From Patescibacteria group bacterium (GTDB taxonomy: Bacteria > Patescibacteriota > WWE3 > JAMCXX01 > JBBTUG01): a DNA stretch of 64,000 nt. Location: the NCBI GenBank assembly GCA_038063895.1, contig JBBTUG010000012.1:78165-142164 (forward strand), read 5' to 3'. The notes under the pieces were generated by a model, which was given only the letters and a program-made list of their open reading frames with translations, made no database searches and was not told the origin of the DNA. Made by a program: the position numbers and the translations under genes. How positions within the stretch are numbered: position 1 is the stretch's first letter; the number at the start of each line of letters is the position of its first letter. Shown here piece by piece: positions 8,572-19,646 of the stretch.

Positions 8572-8940
8572 TTAAACTCTTCGACGCTTTTTCGGCCGGC
8601 AGCCGTTGTGCGGCACCGGCGTAACGTCCGCGATAGAAGTAACCTGAAGTCCGCCGGTTTTCAACGATTTGATCGCTGCGTCCCGGCCCATCCCCGGCCC
8701 CTTAACAAAAACAGCTACTTCTTTAAGCCCGGCTTCGACCGCTTTCTTGGCCGCCGCAGAGGCCGCCGCTGAGGCAGCAAACGGGGTGGACCGGCGGGAA
8801 CCGGAAAAACCGACCGCGCCCGGAGTGGACCAGCAAAGAGTTTGTCCCTCACTATCCGTAATAGTTATCGTCGTATTGTTAAACCCACTGGTAATAAATA
8901 CTTTTCCGATACTGGATTTTAAAACTTTTTTCTTTTCCAT
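8572..8940 (-). CDS. rpsK: 30S ribosomal protein S11
   Basis: [28 protein letters not shown]. Confidence 0.97.
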   Translation of the reverse strand: MEKKKVLKSSIGKVFITSGFNNTTITITDSEGQTLCWSTPGAVGFSGSRRSTPFAASAAASAAAKKAVEAGLKEVAVFVKGPGMGRDAAIKSLKTGGLQVTSIADVTPVPHNGCRPKKRRRV

Positions 8941-8988
8941 AATCTTAATAGGTCCTTCGTCGAAGACTCCTCGGGATTAATTCGATCA

Positions 8989-9014
8989 CCGAAAAACTCA
9001 ACTGAGTTTTTCGG
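8989..9014. repeat. Perfect intergenic hairpin between rpsM and rpsK
   Basis: CCGAAAAACTCA-AC-TGAGTTTTTCGG. Confidence 0.6.
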
Positions 9015-9020
9015 ATCTCA

Positions 9021-9392
9021 TCAAACTTTTCTAATTCCGCCGATTGCCGATCGCCGGCCTTTCTTCGTCCGGGCATTAGTTTTTGTCCGCTGGCCATATA
9101 CCGGAAGACCTTTAATGTGACGCAACCCCCGGTAGCTACTGATCTCTTTCAATCGTTTAATATTTGTCGCTTCAATCCGCCGCAATTCCCCTTCCACCGG
9201 AAACTTTTTTTCAATTATGTCTTTTATCCGGAGAACCTGCTCTTCGGTCAGGTTTTTCGCCCTAAGGTTAGGGTCTATTTTTGCCTCAGCTAAAACTACA
9301 TTCGACAGAGCCCGCCCGATCCCGTACATATAGGTCAGAGCAATTTCGATTCTTTTGTCGTTAGGAATGTCAACGCTGGAAATCCGTACCAT
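9021..9392 (-). CDS. rpsM: 30S ribosomal protein S13
   Basis: IALTYMYGIG, YRGLRH..GLPV.GQRTKTNART. Confidence 0.97.
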   Translation of the reverse strand: MVRISSVDIPNDKRIEIALTYMYGIGRALSNVVLAEAKIDPNLRAKNLTEEQVLRIKDIIEKKFPVEGELRRIEATNIKRLKEISSYRGLRHIKGLPVYGQRTKTNARTKKGRRSAIGGIRKV

Positions 9393-9405
9393 ATTTTAAA
9401 ATTCC

Positions 9406-9519
9406 TTACCCCTGCCGCTGCTTATGTTTCGGGTTTTTACAGATAACCCTAACCACTCCGCCCCGGCGGACAATTTTACAATCTTTACAAATTTTCTTGA
9501 CCGAAGATCTGACTTTCAT
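9406..9519 (-). CDS. rpmJ: 50S ribosomal protein L36
   Basis: Below ORF-track cutoff; hand translation [37 protein letters not shown]. Confidence 0.96.
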   Translation of the reverse strand: MKVRSSVKKICKDCKIVRRGGVVRVICKNPKHKQRQG

Positions 9520-9531
9520 ATCTTTAGTAAT

Positions 9532-9750
9532 TTAGCGATACCGGTAAGTAACCCGACCCCGCTTAGGGTCATAAGGCGTAACCACCAAACGCACCCGATC
9601 CCCAAGCAATATTTTTATAAAATGCAGTCTCATTTTTCCGGAGACGTGGGCTAAAACCTCGCGGCCGTCAACGAGTTCGACCCGAAACATCATATTTGGC
9701 AATGCCTCTTTAACTACCCCATCAATTTCACTAACTGCCTCTTTCACCAT
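9532..9750 (-). CDS. infA: Translation initiation factor IF-1
   Basis: [26 protein letters not shown]. Confidence 0.97.
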   Translation of the reverse strand: MVKEAVSEIDGVVKEALPNMMFRVELVDGREVLAHVSGKMRLHFIKILLGDRVRLVVTPYDPKRGRVTYRYR

Positions 9751-9763
9751 AGAATAGAATAGT

Positions 9764-10558
9764 TTAACAGATATCTAAAGTGTTTGTCAACACTATAGGA
9801 CCGCCCGACCCAATAGTGACAGTTTGTTCAAATAATCCGCCCAATTTCCCGTCTAGCGTCCTAATTGTCCAGCCGTCTTTCTCCACCGCTAAATTGAAAG
9901 ACCCTTCGGTGTAAATAACCTCAATGGCTAAGGTCATCCCTTCCTTCAAGTGCAGACCTGACCCTTTATTCCCAAAACAGGGAATCGCCGGATCTTCGTG
10001 TAACTCCCGCCCGATTCCGTGACCGACTAAGTCCCGGACAACATTATACCCATGGCTTTCGATTGTCTGCTGAATGACCGAGGAGACGTCACCCACGCGG
10101 TTGCCAACCTTACACTGACCGATTGCACTGTTCAGCGCCTCACGTCCGACGGCTAAAAAGGACAGCCTTTTCGAAAGGTCTTCTTTTGAAAACTCTGACT
10201 CATTCGCCACTGTCTTCCCACCGACCACAACCGTCCAGGAAATATCGGAGTGAAAACCTCGATAGTATACACCAAGATCGACCGAAAGCAAATCACCGTT
10301 TTTTAAAATCCGGCCGTTAGGGATCCCGTGAACAACCCCTTCATTAAGGTTAAGACAGGTAGAAAACTTATATCCCTCAAACCCTTTAAACGACGGGACG
10401 GCGCCGGCAGCCAATATTTTCTGCCCGGCCAACCGGTCAAGCTGCCGCAGAGTCATCCCCGCGTGCGCTTCCCCGATGACCTCTCTTAAAGCTTGGGCGG
10501 CGATCTTCCCGCCCGTTGCCATTATCTCAATTTCCTCGTCCGTCTTAATTGTTATCAT
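9764..10558 (-). CDS. map: Type I methionine aminopeptidase
   Basis: [27 protein letters not shown]. Confidence 0.95.
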   Translation of the reverse strand: MITIKTDEEIEIMATGGKIAAQALREVIGEAHAGMTLRQLDRLAGQKILAAGAVPSFKGFEGYKFSTCLNLNEGVVHGIPNGRILKNGDLLSVDLGVYYRGFHSDISWTVVVGGKTVANESEFSKEDLSKRLSFLAVGREALNSAIGQCKVGNRVGDVSSVIQQTIESHGYNVVRDLVGHGIGRELHEDPAIPCFGNKGSGLHLKEGMTLAIEVIYTEGSFNLAVEKDGWTIRTLDGKLGGLFEQTVTIGSGGPIVLTNTLDIC

Positions 10559-11149
10559 TTATATTGATTCTGCCACTCGGCCAAGAATAAGGCGGTTGAC
10601 CGCTTCAGTCGATTGACTGTTATCAACCCGAGAAAGGATTCCCCGTTCTTCATAATATTTAATAATCGGCGAGATGGTCTCTTTGTAGGCGTTAAACCGG
10701 GACTGAATTATCGCAAGGGAGCTATCATCCGCCCGGACTTTACCGGTGACCGCTTTGTCGTTTTCCGCCCGGACCCGGAGACGATCTAAGGCAATCGCAT
10801 CCGGCGTATCCAAATAAAAAACGAGACGGATTTTCTGACTTTTATCACTAAGAAAAACATCCAGGAGTTTGGCCTGACCGGTGGTCCGCGGCCAGCCCTC
10901 GAGGACAAAGCCATGTCCGAGAGCGGTTTCCAGTTCCGGCTTTAGTAGCTTAAAAGCAATCGGGGTCGGAACCCATTTACCTTTTCCCCAGTAATTTTTA
11001 AAGGCGGAAATCCCAAGAGGAGTATTTTTTTCCAGCTCGTGCCGGAAAAGCCGGCCGGAGGAGATATGCGTCAGGTCCAAATCTTTGGCCAGCAAAGCGG
11101 CTTGGGTACTTTTCCCACACCCCGACAAACCCAAGATAATGAAGTTCAT
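10559..11149 (-). CDS. adk: Adenylate kinase (short-LID type)
   Basis: GLSGCGKSTQA, HISSG, GFVLEGWPRT, RADD; position before map. Confidence 0.9.
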   Translation of the reverse strand: MNFIILGLSGCGKSTQAALLAKDLDLTHISSGRLFRHELEKNTPLGISAFKNYWGKGKWVPTPIAFKLLKPELETALGHGFVLEGWPRTTGQAKLLDVFLSDKSQKIRLVFYLDTPDAIALDRLRVRAENDKAVTGKVRADDSSLAIIQSRFNAYKETISPIIKYYEERGILSRVDNSQSTEAVNRLILGRVAESI

Positions 11150-11198
11150 TTCCTCTTGATTCTAGCACAACTAAGCCGTAAATCAAAGGGAGAGGTGT

Positions 11199-12470
11199 CT
11201 AAGTTCCTTCCTGCCACGAGGCCAGGTAGGCTTTCTGCTCCGAGGTTAGAGAGTCGATTTGGATCCCCATCGCCTTGAGTTTTAAGGCGGCAATTTCAGC
11301 GTCGGCGTCGGCCGGGAGAGTGTAAACACCCGCTTGAAGTTTTCCTTTGTTTATCACCAGGTACTCGGCCGCCAAAGCCTGGTTGGCAAAGGACATATCC
11401 ATTACCTCGGCGGGATGGCCTTCGGCGGCAGCGAGGTTAACCAAACGGCCTTCTGCCAAAATATTTATTTTTCGGCCATCTTTTAAAGTGTACTCGTCAA
11501 CAAATTGCCGGATGTTCCGTTTCTTCACCGCCATTTTTTCCAGGGCCGGAATATTAAATTCGACATTGAAGTGGCCGGTGTTGCAAACAATTACACCATT
11601 TTTCATAGCATTAAAATCCTTTTCATTAATTACATTTTTATCCCCGGTGGCTGTAATAAAAATATCACCAATTTTGGCCGCCGGGAAAATCGGCATTACC
11701 CGGAAACCATCCATTACGGCCTCCAAGGCCTTTAGAGGATCAACTTCGGTGACAATTACGTTGGCCCCCATTCCTCGGGCTTTAGCAGCTACTCCCCGCC
11801 CGCACCAACCGTAACCGCAGGTTACAAAGGTCTTGCCCGCCAGTAAGACGTTGGTAGCCCTTAATATTCCATCCAAAGAGGACTGCCCTGTGCCATAGCG
11901 GTTATCAAAAAGGTGCTTGGTCAGGGAATCGTTCACAGCAATCACCGGTAATTTTAACGCCCCCGCGGCGTCCATCGCCTTCAGCCGGATTACCCCTGTG
12001 GTTGTTTCCTCGCTACTGCCGACCATAACGGATAGTTGCTTAGGACGGTGGCGGTGCAGGTCGGAAACCAAATCCGCCCCGTCATCCATCGTCAGGTTTG
12101 GTTTTTGGTCGAGAACTGCAGAAAGATGGCGGTAATAGGTTTTGGTGTCTTCGCCTTTAATAGCAAAAACGGGAATATTAAAATCCTTAACGAGAGAGGC
12201 CGCGACGTCATCTTGAGTTGAGAGAGGGTTGCTCGCACACAGAAACAGTTTCGCTCCCCCGGCTTGTAAAGTAAGCATGAGATTAGCCGTCTCCGCGGTT
12301 ACATGCAAACAGGCGCCAATAACTAACCTCTTCAGCGGTCTGGTTTTCTTAAAACGCTCACCAATCAGTTTTAGAACGGGCATCTCCCGACCCGCCCATT
12401 CGATTCTTAGTCGTCCTTTAACGGATAATTGTAAATCTTTAACGTCGTAAGTTTGCATTTCGATTTTCAA
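11199..12470 (-). CDS. ahcY: S-adenosylhomocysteine hydrolase
   Basis: [51 protein letters not shown]. Confidence 0.96.
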   Translation of the reverse strand: MKIEMQTYDVKDLQLSVKGRLRIEWAGREMPVLKLIGERFKKTRPLKRLVIGACLHVTAETANLMLTLQAGGAKLFLCASNPLSTQDDVAASLVKDFNIPVFAIKGEDTKTYYRHLSAVLDQKPNLTMDDGADLVSDLHRHRPKQLSVMVGSSEETTTGVIRLKAMDAAGALKLPVIAVNDSLTKHLFDNRYGTGQSSLDGILRATNVLLAGKTFVTCGYGWCGRGVAAKARGMGANVIVTEVDPLKALEAVMDGFRVMPIFPAAKIGDIFITATGDKNVINEKDFNAMKNGVIVCNTGHFNVEFNIPALEKMAVKKRNIRQFVDEYTLKDGRKINILAEGRLVNLAAAEGHPAEVMDMSFANQALAAEYLVINKGKLQAGVYTLPADADAEIAALKLKAMGIQIDSLTSEQKAYLASWQEGT

Positions 12471-12472
12471 GA

Positions 12473-13498
12473 CTACTCATTATAGATGATTCGGGCCGAT
12501 AACTTAAAGTAGTTTTTTGCCTCTTTAACCAATTTCCCTCTTTCCTTTACAGACAAATTAAATGAGTCACTACGCATCAAAGCAACTTTTCCACGGATAA
12601 ATGCGCGATAAGCTTCATAAAAACGTAGGAGGCCAGAACTAACTATTTCGTAATCGGCAGTTTCTTTCAGGTAACTAGCAATTAAGATCTTAGCCATATC
12701 GCATCTGCCCAAGTATTTTAAATCCATCGATAGGAAAGCAATATCAGCAGCACAGTCTAGACAACTCAGCTCTTTGTTAAACTCAATAGCATCAAAAATT
12801 ACCGGAAAAGTCCGACTGCCTTTTCGACCAACGAAGATGTTTCCCGTGTGCAAATCGCCGTGACCATCTCTGATCCGTCCTTTTTTGACCCGATTATCAA
12901 ACAAGCTTCTATTGTTATCTAAAAATAAATGAACTGATTCTTTGAGTCTTTTGTAGTCGGGGGAAGAAATAAAAACGCCAACGAACTTTTCTGTTTGATC
13001 AAAATTCTGCTGCCAAAACTTTTTAACACTTCGGTAACCACCAAAACGGCCGGTCTTTTCAGCTTTTAAGACTTGATGAAAGTGAGCAAGCTGCTTACCC
13101 AATGCCACGAAAAACTTCCTTCCAACTTTCTTCCGTTTAAGCACAATCGAAAGCTTATCTTTTTCTTCGAGGCGAACCATCTTAAGAGCATAATCAACAA
13201 TATTTCCCGTATTTGAACCGAATAATACGGTCCCGTGTTTTTCGGTAACAGGTAAAACGTGAACATAGAGGTCAGGACTCAGAAGGCTATTCTTTGAAAG
13301 CTCTCCCAAACAAAAAAGCTTACGACTAGAGATCTTCTGATAATCACAAAAACCGAGGTCAACCGGTTTCTTGGTCTTATAGACAAAATCGTCAGTGAGA
13401 TAAAGTCTGGAAATTAGGGTATCAATTACTTCAAGAGTGTGTGTTGGCTCCTCAAACGAGTTCCTATTTATGAAACGGGTATAGTCGGTGGTAACCAC
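12473..13498 (-). CDS. Aminoglycoside-phosphotransferase-like kinase (N-terminal half of the APH/AAA bifunctional family)
   Basis: [53 protein letters not shown]. Confidence 0.8.
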   Translation of the reverse strand: MVTTDYTRFINRNSFEEPTHTLEVIDTLISRLYLTDDFVYKTKKPVDLGFCDYQKISSRKLFCLGELSKNSLLSPDLYVHVLPVTEKHGTVLFGSNTGNIVDYALKMVRLEEKDKLSIVLKRKKVGRKFFVALGKQLAHFHQVLKAEKTGRFGGYRSVKKFWQQNFDQTEKFVGVFISSPDYKRLKESVHLFLDNNRSLFDNRVKKGRIRDGHGDLHTGNIFVGRKGSRTFPVIFDAIEFNKELSCLDCAADIAFLSMDLKYLGRCDMAKILIASYLKETADYEIVSSGLLRFYEAYRAFIRGKVALMRSDSFNLSVKERGKLVKEAKNYFKLSARIIYNE

Positions 13499-13507
13499 AA
13501 CTTGAAA

Positions 13508-13774
13508 TTAAAGCCCGGGGATGCCAAGGTCGCCTAAGTCGCCCTGGACTTTTTTCGCCGCTTTCTTTTGGACATCTTTCAGCGCCCGGTTAAGAACGTC
13601 TTTTACCCGATCGTTCTTTTCCCCGTCAATCACAATCTCCTCAACGTGCTGATCGCCGCGGATAATTATTTTAATTCCCTTTTCTTCAATTTCAGCCGTT
13701 ACCGCCGCCATTTTCCGGCGCATATCATCCGACTTTCTTTTTAATTCGTAAAGATTTTTTATTTTATCCAACAT
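13508..13774 (-). CDS. YbaB/EbfC-family nucleoid-associated protein
   Basis: Size and pattern IKIIIRGDQHVEEIVID...LGIPGL. Confidence 0.7.
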   Translation of the reverse strand: MLDKIKNLYELKRKSDDMRRKMAAVTAEIEEKGIKIIIRGDQHVEEIVIDGEKNDRVKDVLNRALKDVQKKAAKKVQGDLGDLGIPGL

Positions 13775-13779
13775 AGGAA

Positions 13780-15060
13780 TTAGTGCAAAAATCCCTCATA
13801 ATCGCGGACGACCATCAGGGAATCGACTTGCCGCAACGTTTCCAAAATAACCGAAACTACGATCAGTATACTACTCCCGCCGATAGTCAGGGAGAAAACA
13901 TTGGTGTAACCCGAAAGGAGAGATGGAATAACCGCGACGGCTCCGAGGAAAACGGCGCCGGCTAAAGTTACCCGGACCAGCACCCAGCTTAAATAATCGG
14001 TTGTCGGCCGGCCGGGACGGATACCGGGAATAAAACCACCGTATTTTTTTATTTCGCCGGAGATTTTTTCGGGGTTAAACGTCACCGCCGTATAAAAATA
14101 AGTAAAGGCCACGACAGCGAGAAAATAGAAAACATTGTAAGAGAGACTGCTTTGGTCAAAAAAAGCCAGCATCTTCCGAGACAGGTCCTGCCAAAGTGGA
14201 TTGGCCAGGGAGCCTATGAAACGGGCGGCAATCGTGGGCAGTAAAATCAGGGAGAGAGCAAAGATAATCGGAATCATTCCCGCCTGGTTAACCCGGAGCG
14301 GCAAATAGGTCGATTGGGTCTGGTAGGTCAGACTGCCCCGGACCCGGCGGGCGTATTGAACCGGAATCCGCCGGACCCCTTCGTTAATAAAAACAACTGC
14401 CGCGATGAGTAAAACCGCCCCGCCGATAATAAAGCCGAAGGTCAGGAAATTTTCGGGGGTTAAAGTCGCTAAACTTTGGCCGACGGAAGTGACAACACCG
14501 GAAAGAATTGAGCCGAGGATGATCATCGAAATCCCGTTGCCGATCCCATACTCGGAAACCAGCTCTCCCAACCACATTAATAATACCGTTCCGGCAGTTA
14601 ACGTAATTATTAGAACCATCAGGGAAAACGGGTCCAAATTGTTAACAATCCCCTGGCTTTGAAAAAGCGCGTAGGTCGCGTAGCCCTGTAACGCGGACAA
14701 AGGCACGGCCAGAAAACGCGTGTACTGATTAATCCTTTCCCGCCCGTACTCACCCTCTTTCGACAGCTCCTCCAGTTTCGGAAAAACCATCGTCAGCAAC
14801 TGAATAATAATTGAAGCGTTAATGTACGGATTAAGGCCTAAAGCGGCAATCGAAAAATTCTGCAGCCCGCCGCCGGAAAATAAATTAAAGAAACCGAAAA
14901 TAGCGTACCGGTCGAGAAGCTGTTGCAGCGCGGGCAAATTAACGACGGGAATCGGCAGATGGGAAATTAAACGGAAAACAGCAAAGATAAATAGCGTGAA
15001 TAAGATGCGGCGGCGCACCTGAGGAACGGAAAAAATATTTCTAAACGCGGAAACCCACAT
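13780..15060 (-). CDS. secY: Preprotein translocase SecY
   Basis: PYINASII, GIGNGISMII, GGFIPGIRPG, YEGF. Confidence 0.98.
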   Translation of the reverse strand: MWVSAFRNIFSVPQVRRRILFTLFIFAVFRLISHLPIPVVNLPALQQLLDRYAIFGFFNLFSGGGLQNFSIAALGLNPYINASIIIQLLTMVFPKLEELSKEGEYGRERINQYTRFLAVPLSALQGYATYALFQSQGIVNNLDPFSLMVLIITLTAGTVLLMWLGELVSEYGIGNGISMIILGSILSGVVTSVGQSLATLTPENFLTFGFIIGGAVLLIAAVVFINEGVRRIPVQYARRVRGSLTYQTQSTYLPLRVNQAGMIPIIFALSLILLPTIAARFIGSLANPLWQDLSRKMLAFFDQSSLSYNVFYFLAVVAFTYFYTAVTFNPEKISGEIKKYGGFIPGIRPGRPTTDYLSWVLVRVTLAGAVFLGAVAVIPSLLSGYTNVFSLTIGGSSILIVVSVILETLRQVDSLMVVRDYEGFLH

Positions 15061-15066
15061 TGTATC

Positions 15067-15504
15067 CTAAGTTAAGCTGCCGCCGGCAGCCTCAATTTTT
15101 TTCCGGGCCGCAGCGGAAGCTAAAAAACCTTTAAAATTCAGCTTTTTCTTTAAGTCACCCTGGCTAAGGATTTTAACTTTACCCTTGATGCTTTTTCGAA
15201 TAATCTTCAACCGCTGGAGATCCGCCACCGTAACGTCCTGTCCTGATTCCAGTTTGGCAAAACTTCTAAGGGAGATGGCAAAAGGCTGCGGACGGTGGGA
15301 ATGAAACTTAGGCAGTTGTGGCAACCGCCAGACTAAGGGCTGCTGACCGCCTTCGAAAGACTGCTTGACGGTCTCCCTCGCCCCCTGCCCTTTTTGTCCC
15401 CGCCCTGAAGTGTGGCGTCCCTTTCCGCTGCCGTAACCGCGACCAACTCTCTTTTTTGTCCGGCGCTTCGATCCTAGTTTTGGCAGACTATTTAAGTTAA
15501 TCAT
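15067..15504 (-). CDS. rplO: 50S ribosomal protein L15
   Basis: RVGRGYGSGKG..SGRGQKGQ, FEGGQ. Confidence 0.97.
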   Translation of the reverse strand: MINLNSLPKLGSKRRTKKRVGRGYGSGKGRHTSGRGQKGQGARETVKQSFEGGQQPLVWRLPQLPKFHSHRPQPFAISLRSFAKLESGQDVTVADLQRLKIIRKSIKGKVKILSQGDLKKKLNFKGFLASAAARKKIEAAGGSLT

Positions 15505-15983
15505 TAGATTTTTTTACCTCCCGGAGCGCCAGTTTTCCAGCGAAGAGACTGCAAAGCCTTAAAAGTTGCCGCGATATTACTGGCCTTATTATTGGTGCCC
15601 AAAATCTTTGCCGTCACATCCCGGATACCCGCAAGATGCAAAATAGCCCTGACCGGACCGCCGGCGATAAGTCCTGTGCCCTTCGGAGCGGGTTTAAACA
15701 GTATTTGCGCGGCGCCTTCTTTGACTAGAACCGAGTGGGGAATACTGCCGCCGGAAACCACCGTAATAATGTTTTTCTTCGCCCGGCTAGTCGCTTTTTG
15801 GACGGCGGACGGAACTTCGGCGGCTTTGCCCAGTCCAACCCCGACCCGGCCCTTACGGTCGCCAATGGCCATTAACACCGCGAAACTAACCCGATTTCCG
15901 CCCTTCGTTTTTTTCGAAACGCGGTTCACCTGGATTACTTTCTCCTCAAATTCTTTTACTTGTTGGTCGTAAGCCGGTCTCAT
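15504..15983 (-). CDS. rpsE: 30S ribosomal protein S5 (start moved to ATG 15983)
   Basis: NRVSKKTKGG, GVGLGKA, GTGLIAGGPVR. Confidence 0.96.
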   Translation of the reverse strand: MRPAYDQQVKEFEEKVIQVNRVSKKTKGGNRVSFAVLMAIGDRKGRVGVGLGKAAEVPSAVQKATSRAKKNIITVVSGGSIPHSVLVKEGAAQILFKPAPKGTGLIAGGPVRAILHLAGIRDVTAKILGTNNKASNIAATFKALQSLRWKTGAPGGKKI

Positions 15984-15990
15984 AAGATAA

Positions 15991-16362
15991 TTAGAAAAGT
16001 AAACCACCCTTCCGGGCACCCTCGGCAACTGCTTTTATACGCCCATGATAACGGAACTCCCCCCGATCAAAAACAACCTTATCAATCCCCGCTCCAAGCG
16101 CTTTTTTAGCTAAAGCGCCACCGACTAACTCCGCTTTTTGGAGTTTGGTTAATTTATCCTTGACCTCAAGACTACGGTCATCAGAACAGAGAAGGGTTCT
16201 CTGAGTTTTATCATCAATTAACTGCGCGTAAATATACTTGCTCGAACGGAAAACCGATAAACGGGGCCGGTCGCAGTGGCCGCGGATCGCTCCGCGGTTG
16301 CGCCGGGCTCTTTGCCGACTCCGAAGAATTGCATCTTTTGTTTCGCCGATGACTTCGATCAT
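15991..16362 (-). CDS. rplR: 50S ribosomal protein L18
   Basis: RPRLSVFRS, YAQLIDD, VVFDRG..YHGR. Confidence 0.96.
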   Translation of the reverse strand: MIEVIGETKDAILRSRQRARRNRGAIRGHCDRPRLSVFRSSKYIYAQLIDDKTQRTLLCSDDRSLEVKDKLTKLQKAELVGGALAKKALGAGIDKVVFDRGEFRYHGRIKAVAEGARKGGLLF

Positions 16363-16363
16363 A

Positions 16364-16924
16364 TTATTTGGCTCCAAAACCGGTGCCGACCTTACCTGCT
16401 TTACCGGCCTTTTTCCGTAAAATTTCGCCTGCGTACTTGATTCCTTTTCCTTTATACGGCTCGGGGGGACGGACGGCTCTTATTTTCGCCGCAACTTCCC
16501 CAACCAGTTGTTTATCAAGACCGTGAACTTTTATTTTTGTGTCTCCCTCCAAACTGAAGGAGATACTCTCCGGCGGCAGAATCTTCACCGGATGGGAAAA
16601 ACCGACGGTTAAAATCAGAGCCTCGCCGTCTTTTTTCGCCCGGTAACCGACCCCGGAAAGCTCCAGGCCGCGGATAAACCCGTCGGAAACCCCCGTCAGG
16701 GCGTTGGCCAATTTCGTCCGGTACAATCCCCAGAGGCTTCTAATATCCTGGGTGTCTTCCGAAATACTAAGAGTTATGCTCCCGTCGGTTAGAACCACGT
16801 TCAGGCTGGCGGGCAAGTTTAAAACCAATGTCCCCTTGCTCCCGCTAAGGGTTATAACCGAGTCCTCAATTTTACACTTAACTTCTGCGGGAAGTAATAC
16901 CGCTTTTTTTCCGATTCTTGACAT
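16364..16924 (-). CDS. rplF: 50S ribosomal protein L6
   Basis: MSRIGK, GVGYRA, PEPYKGKGI. Confidence 0.97.
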   Translation of the reverse strand: MSRIGKKAVLLPAEVKCKIEDSVITLSGSKGTLVLNLPASLNVVLTDGSITLSISEDTQDIRSLWGLYRTKLANALTGVSDGFIRGLELSGVGYRAKKDGEALILTVGFSHPVKILPPESISFSLEGDTKIKVHGLDKQLVGEVAAKIRAVRPPEPYKGKGIKYAGEILRKKAGKAGKVGTGFGAK

Positions 16925-16925
16925 A

Positions 16926-17318
16926 TTATTTTAAGATACACAACACTTCGCCACCCAAAGATTTGCGGTGGGCTTCTTTTCCGGAAAGGACCCCGCGGGA
17001 AGTAGAAACGATGACTACCCCTTCACGGGAAAGCTTCCGGAGCTGGTCACTTCCGCGGTATATCCGGCGGCCGGGTTTCGAGAGATGATCAATGCGGTTA
17101 AACAACGGTTGCTGGTTTTCCCCATACGCCAAGTCTAAATGAAGTTTTATTCGGGAACCTTCTTTAAATTTCTTCACTTGGGATAAATAACCGGTTTCCT
17201 TAAGAACCCCGGCAACCGTTTCGACGAAACGGGAATAAGGAATCTCTAAAGAAGCTTCTTTGACCGCAGCGGCATTTCGGAAGCGGGCGATAAAATCGCC
17301 GATTGGATCGTTTACCAT
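16926..17318 (-). CDS. rpsH: 30S ribosomal protein S8
   Basis: [24 protein letters not shown]. Confidence 0.96.
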   Translation of the reverse strand: MVNDPIGDFIARFRNAAAVKEASLEIPYSRFVETVAGVLKETGYLSQVKKFKEGSRIKLHLDLAYGENQQPLFNRIDHLSKPGRRIYRGSDQLRKLSREGVVIVSTSRGVLSGKEAHRKSLGGEVLCILK

Positions 17319-17497
17319 GATGCTTTTCTCATTCCGGGCAACTCACCCTTTAAGGCCAACTCGCGAAAACAGATACGGCAAACACCGAATTTTCGGATAT
17401 ACGCACGGGGACGGCCGCAAAGTTTGCAGCGGTTGTAGGCGCGGACTTTATATTTCGGAGTTCTAAGTTGTTTCGCAATTAACGATTTTTTCGCCAT
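17312..17497 (-). CDS. rpsN: 30S ribosomal protein S14 (Zn-binding type)
   Basis: [23 protein letters not shown]. Confidence 0.97.
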   Translation of the reverse strand: MAKKSLIAKQLRTPKYKVRAYNRCKLCGRPRAYIRKFGVCRICFRELALKGELPGMRKASW

Positions 17498-17499
17498 AA

Positions 17500-18051
17500 T
17501 TACTCTTTCTTCGGTTTGGCAAAAGGCCAGCCCAAAAATTTTAACAGTAGATACCCCTCCTCATCCGTTCCGGCATTGGTCGTAACGTTAATACCTAAAG
17601 TTTTTATCCGGTCAACCCGATTCGGATTAATCTCCGGGAAAACCGTATGTTCCAAAAGTCCGAAGTTGTAGTTTCCTTTACCGTCAAAAGAAGCGCGGGG
17701 CAGGCCGTGAAAATCACGGACCCGGGGGAGGACGACGTGGATCAGCTTTTGGAGGAAACCCCACATCCGTTCCCCCCGCAACGTTACCACAAGGCCGATT
17801 GGCTCGCCAGCCCTTATTTTAAAACCGGCTTCGGCTTTCTTCGCGCGGCGGATAGCCGGCTGGAGACCGGTAATCGTTTTTAAATCGTCGCGGTAAGATG
17901 CTAGGAGCTTCGGATCGTCCTTCGCAACTCCGATACCCATATTCACAATGATTTTCACGGGTTTCGGACAGGCCATCGCCGTCTTTAACTTTAACTCCTG
18001 CATTAATTTATTTTTAACGTCTTTGTCGTAAAGACTTCTTAGTTCATTCAT
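17500..18051 (-). CDS. rplE: 50S ribosomal protein L5
   Basis: [25 protein letters not shown]. Confidence 0.96.
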   Translation of the reverse strand: MNELRSLYDKDVKNKLMQELKLKTAMACPKPVKIIVNMGIGVAKDDPKLLASYRDDLKTITGLQPAIRRAKKAEAGFKIRAGEPIGLVVTLRGERMWGFLQKLIHVVLPRVRDFHGLPRASFDGKGNYNFGLLEHTVFPEINPNRVDRIKTLGINVTTNAGTDEEGYLLLKFLGWPFAKPKKE

Positions 18052-18350
18052 ATTTCGGCCTGACACTTCCGGCAAACCCGAATCTTGGCAGAGGAACTGA
18101 CTTTATAACCGATCCGGGTCGGCTGCTGACATTTAGGACAAAGCAACGCCACCTTGCCGACAGCTAGTGGCTTCTCAATTGCCTGAATTCCACCCTTGTT
18201 GCTTCCCGAAGCCTTAAGATGTTTTTTTACCGTATTCGCTCCGGCAACCAAAACCGAACCCGCCGAGCCATAAACATGGGTTACCTCCCCCGTTTTCCCC
18301 CGGTCTTTTCCTGACAATATTTTTACTTTATCGCCTTTGTGAATTTTCAT
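18048..18350 (-). CDS. rplX: 50S ribosomal protein L24
   Basis: KOW motif GDKVKILSGKDRGKTG. Confidence 0.96.
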   Translation of the reverse strand: MKIHKGDKVKILSGKDRGKTGEVTHVYGSAGSVLVAGANTVKKHLKASGSNKGGIQAIEKPLAVGKVALLCPKCQQPTRIGYKVSSSAKIRVCRKCQAEI

Positions 18351-18366
18351 ATTAATAACTTACTCT

Positions 18367-18735
18367 CTACCAAACCTCCGGCGCCAACGAAACTATTTTC
18401 GGATAATCCTTATCGCGCAACTCCCTCGCGACGGGACCGAAAATCCGGCTGCCCCGGGGATTACCGTCTTTATCAACTACCACCGCGGCGTTCTCATCGA
18501 AGCGGATATAGCTGCCGTCGCGGCGGCGACTTTCTTTCCGGAGACGGACGACCACCGCCCGAACAATTTCGTGATCCTTAACGATACCAGTCGGAATAGC
18601 CCCCCGGACGACGCAGGTAATTAACTCCCCCAAACCGGCCTCGAGTTTATTTGAGGCCTCCGGAATACCGACGACTTTCAATTTTTTGGCTCCGGAGTTG
18701 TCCGCGACGTTAAGAAGGGAATACCGTTGGATCAT
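18367..18735 (-). CDS. rplN: 50S ribosomal protein L14
   Basis: [27 protein letters not shown]. Confidence 0.97.
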   Translation of the reverse strand: MIQRYSLLNVADNSGAKKLKVVGIPEASNKLEAGLGELITCVVRGAIPTGIVKDHEIVRAVVVRLRKESRRRDGSYIRFDENAAVVVDKDGNPRGSRIFGPVARELRDKDYPKIVSLAPEVW

Positions 18736-18995
18736 TCTTTTTTACCCTTTCCGGCAGCGGGTGCGGCGACAACCTCAATCACTTTCCAAAACTTATCTCG
18801 GCTTAAAGGCCTGGTCTGCTCGATCACCACGACTGCGCCCAGTTCTAATTTCTCTTCGGTGTGGGCCTTAAATTTTTTCGTCGTTTTCTGCACCTTCTCG
18901 TAAAGAGGGTGTCTTTTGGACTTCTCTACGGCCACAACCACCGTTTTGTCCATCTTATTGGAAATAATTTTTCCGGTAAATTTTTTGTGAATCAT
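18732..18995 (-). CDS. rpsQ: 30S ribosomal protein S17
   Basis: [19 protein letters not shown]. Confidence 0.96.
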   Translation of the reverse strand: MIHKKFTGKIISNKMDKTVVVAVEKSKRHPLYEKVQKTTKKFKAHTEEKLELGAVVVIEQTRPLSRDKFWKVIEVVAAPAAGKGKKE

Positions 18996-19231
18996 AAATA
19001 TTTTTTCGCGTTTTCTTTACTCAGGGAAATCTCGGCGAGAAACTTTCTCTCGGTCATAACTGTTTTTATCCGGGCTAAATTCCGGCGTAATTTCCGGACC
19101 ACGTTAGTATCTTTAACTTTTCCCGATTGACCGGCGACTTTCTGATTAAAAAGCCCGAGCTCAGACTTTAACAATTGGGTATTCAGCTCTTCATCGGTTT
19201 GTTTCCGAAGGTCGCCTGTTGTCTGATTCAT
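18992..19231 (-). CDS. rpmC: 50S ribosomal protein L29
   Basis: RRNLARIKT; operon position. Confidence 0.9.
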   Translation of the reverse strand: MNQTTGDLRKQTDEELNTQLLKSELGLFNQKVAGQSGKVKDTNVVRKLRRNLARIKTVMTERKFLAEISLSKENAKKYL

Positions 19232-19237
19232 AATATT

Positions 19238-19645
19238 TTATTTCTCCCCGATAAATTTAGTCCGGATCGGCAACTTCTGCGACGCCCTTAAAAGGGCTTC
19301 TTCGGCAACTATCCGGGTAACCCCGCCTATCTCGAAGATAATTCGTCCGGGGCGGACGACTGCGGCGTAATGATCAACCGGGCCCTTACCGCCACCCATC
19401 CGGATCTCCGGCGGCCTTTTCGTGACAGGCTTGTCCGGGAAAATCCGAATCCAAAGACGGCCGCCGCGCTTCGTGAAGTGGGAAATTGTCTTTCGGGCTG
19501 ATTCAAGTTGCCGTGCGGTCAGCCAGCAATTCTCCATAACTTTCAATCCGTAATCGCCGAAAGCCAAAGACGTCCCCCGGCTGGCCGGTCCTTTCATTAT
19601 CCCACGCATCTGACGGCGGTACTTGGCTCTTTTTGGTTGCAGCAT
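19238..19645 (-). CDS. rplP: 50S ribosomal protein L16
   Basis: MLQPKR.KYR, IFPDKPVT, RMGGGKG. Confidence 0.97.
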   Translation of the reverse strand: MLQPKRAKYRRQMRGIMKGPASRGTSLAFGDYGLKVMENCWLTARQLESARKTISHFTKRGGRLWIRIFPDKPVTKRPPEIRMGGGKGPVDHYAAVVRPGRIIFEIGGVTRIVAEEALLRASQKLPIRTKFIGEK

Positions 19646-19646
19646 A

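Noticed and set aside
10158-10215. Possible palindromic insertion in map ([17 protein letters not shown])
   Set aside because: Symmetry is weak and there is no second copy in the window.
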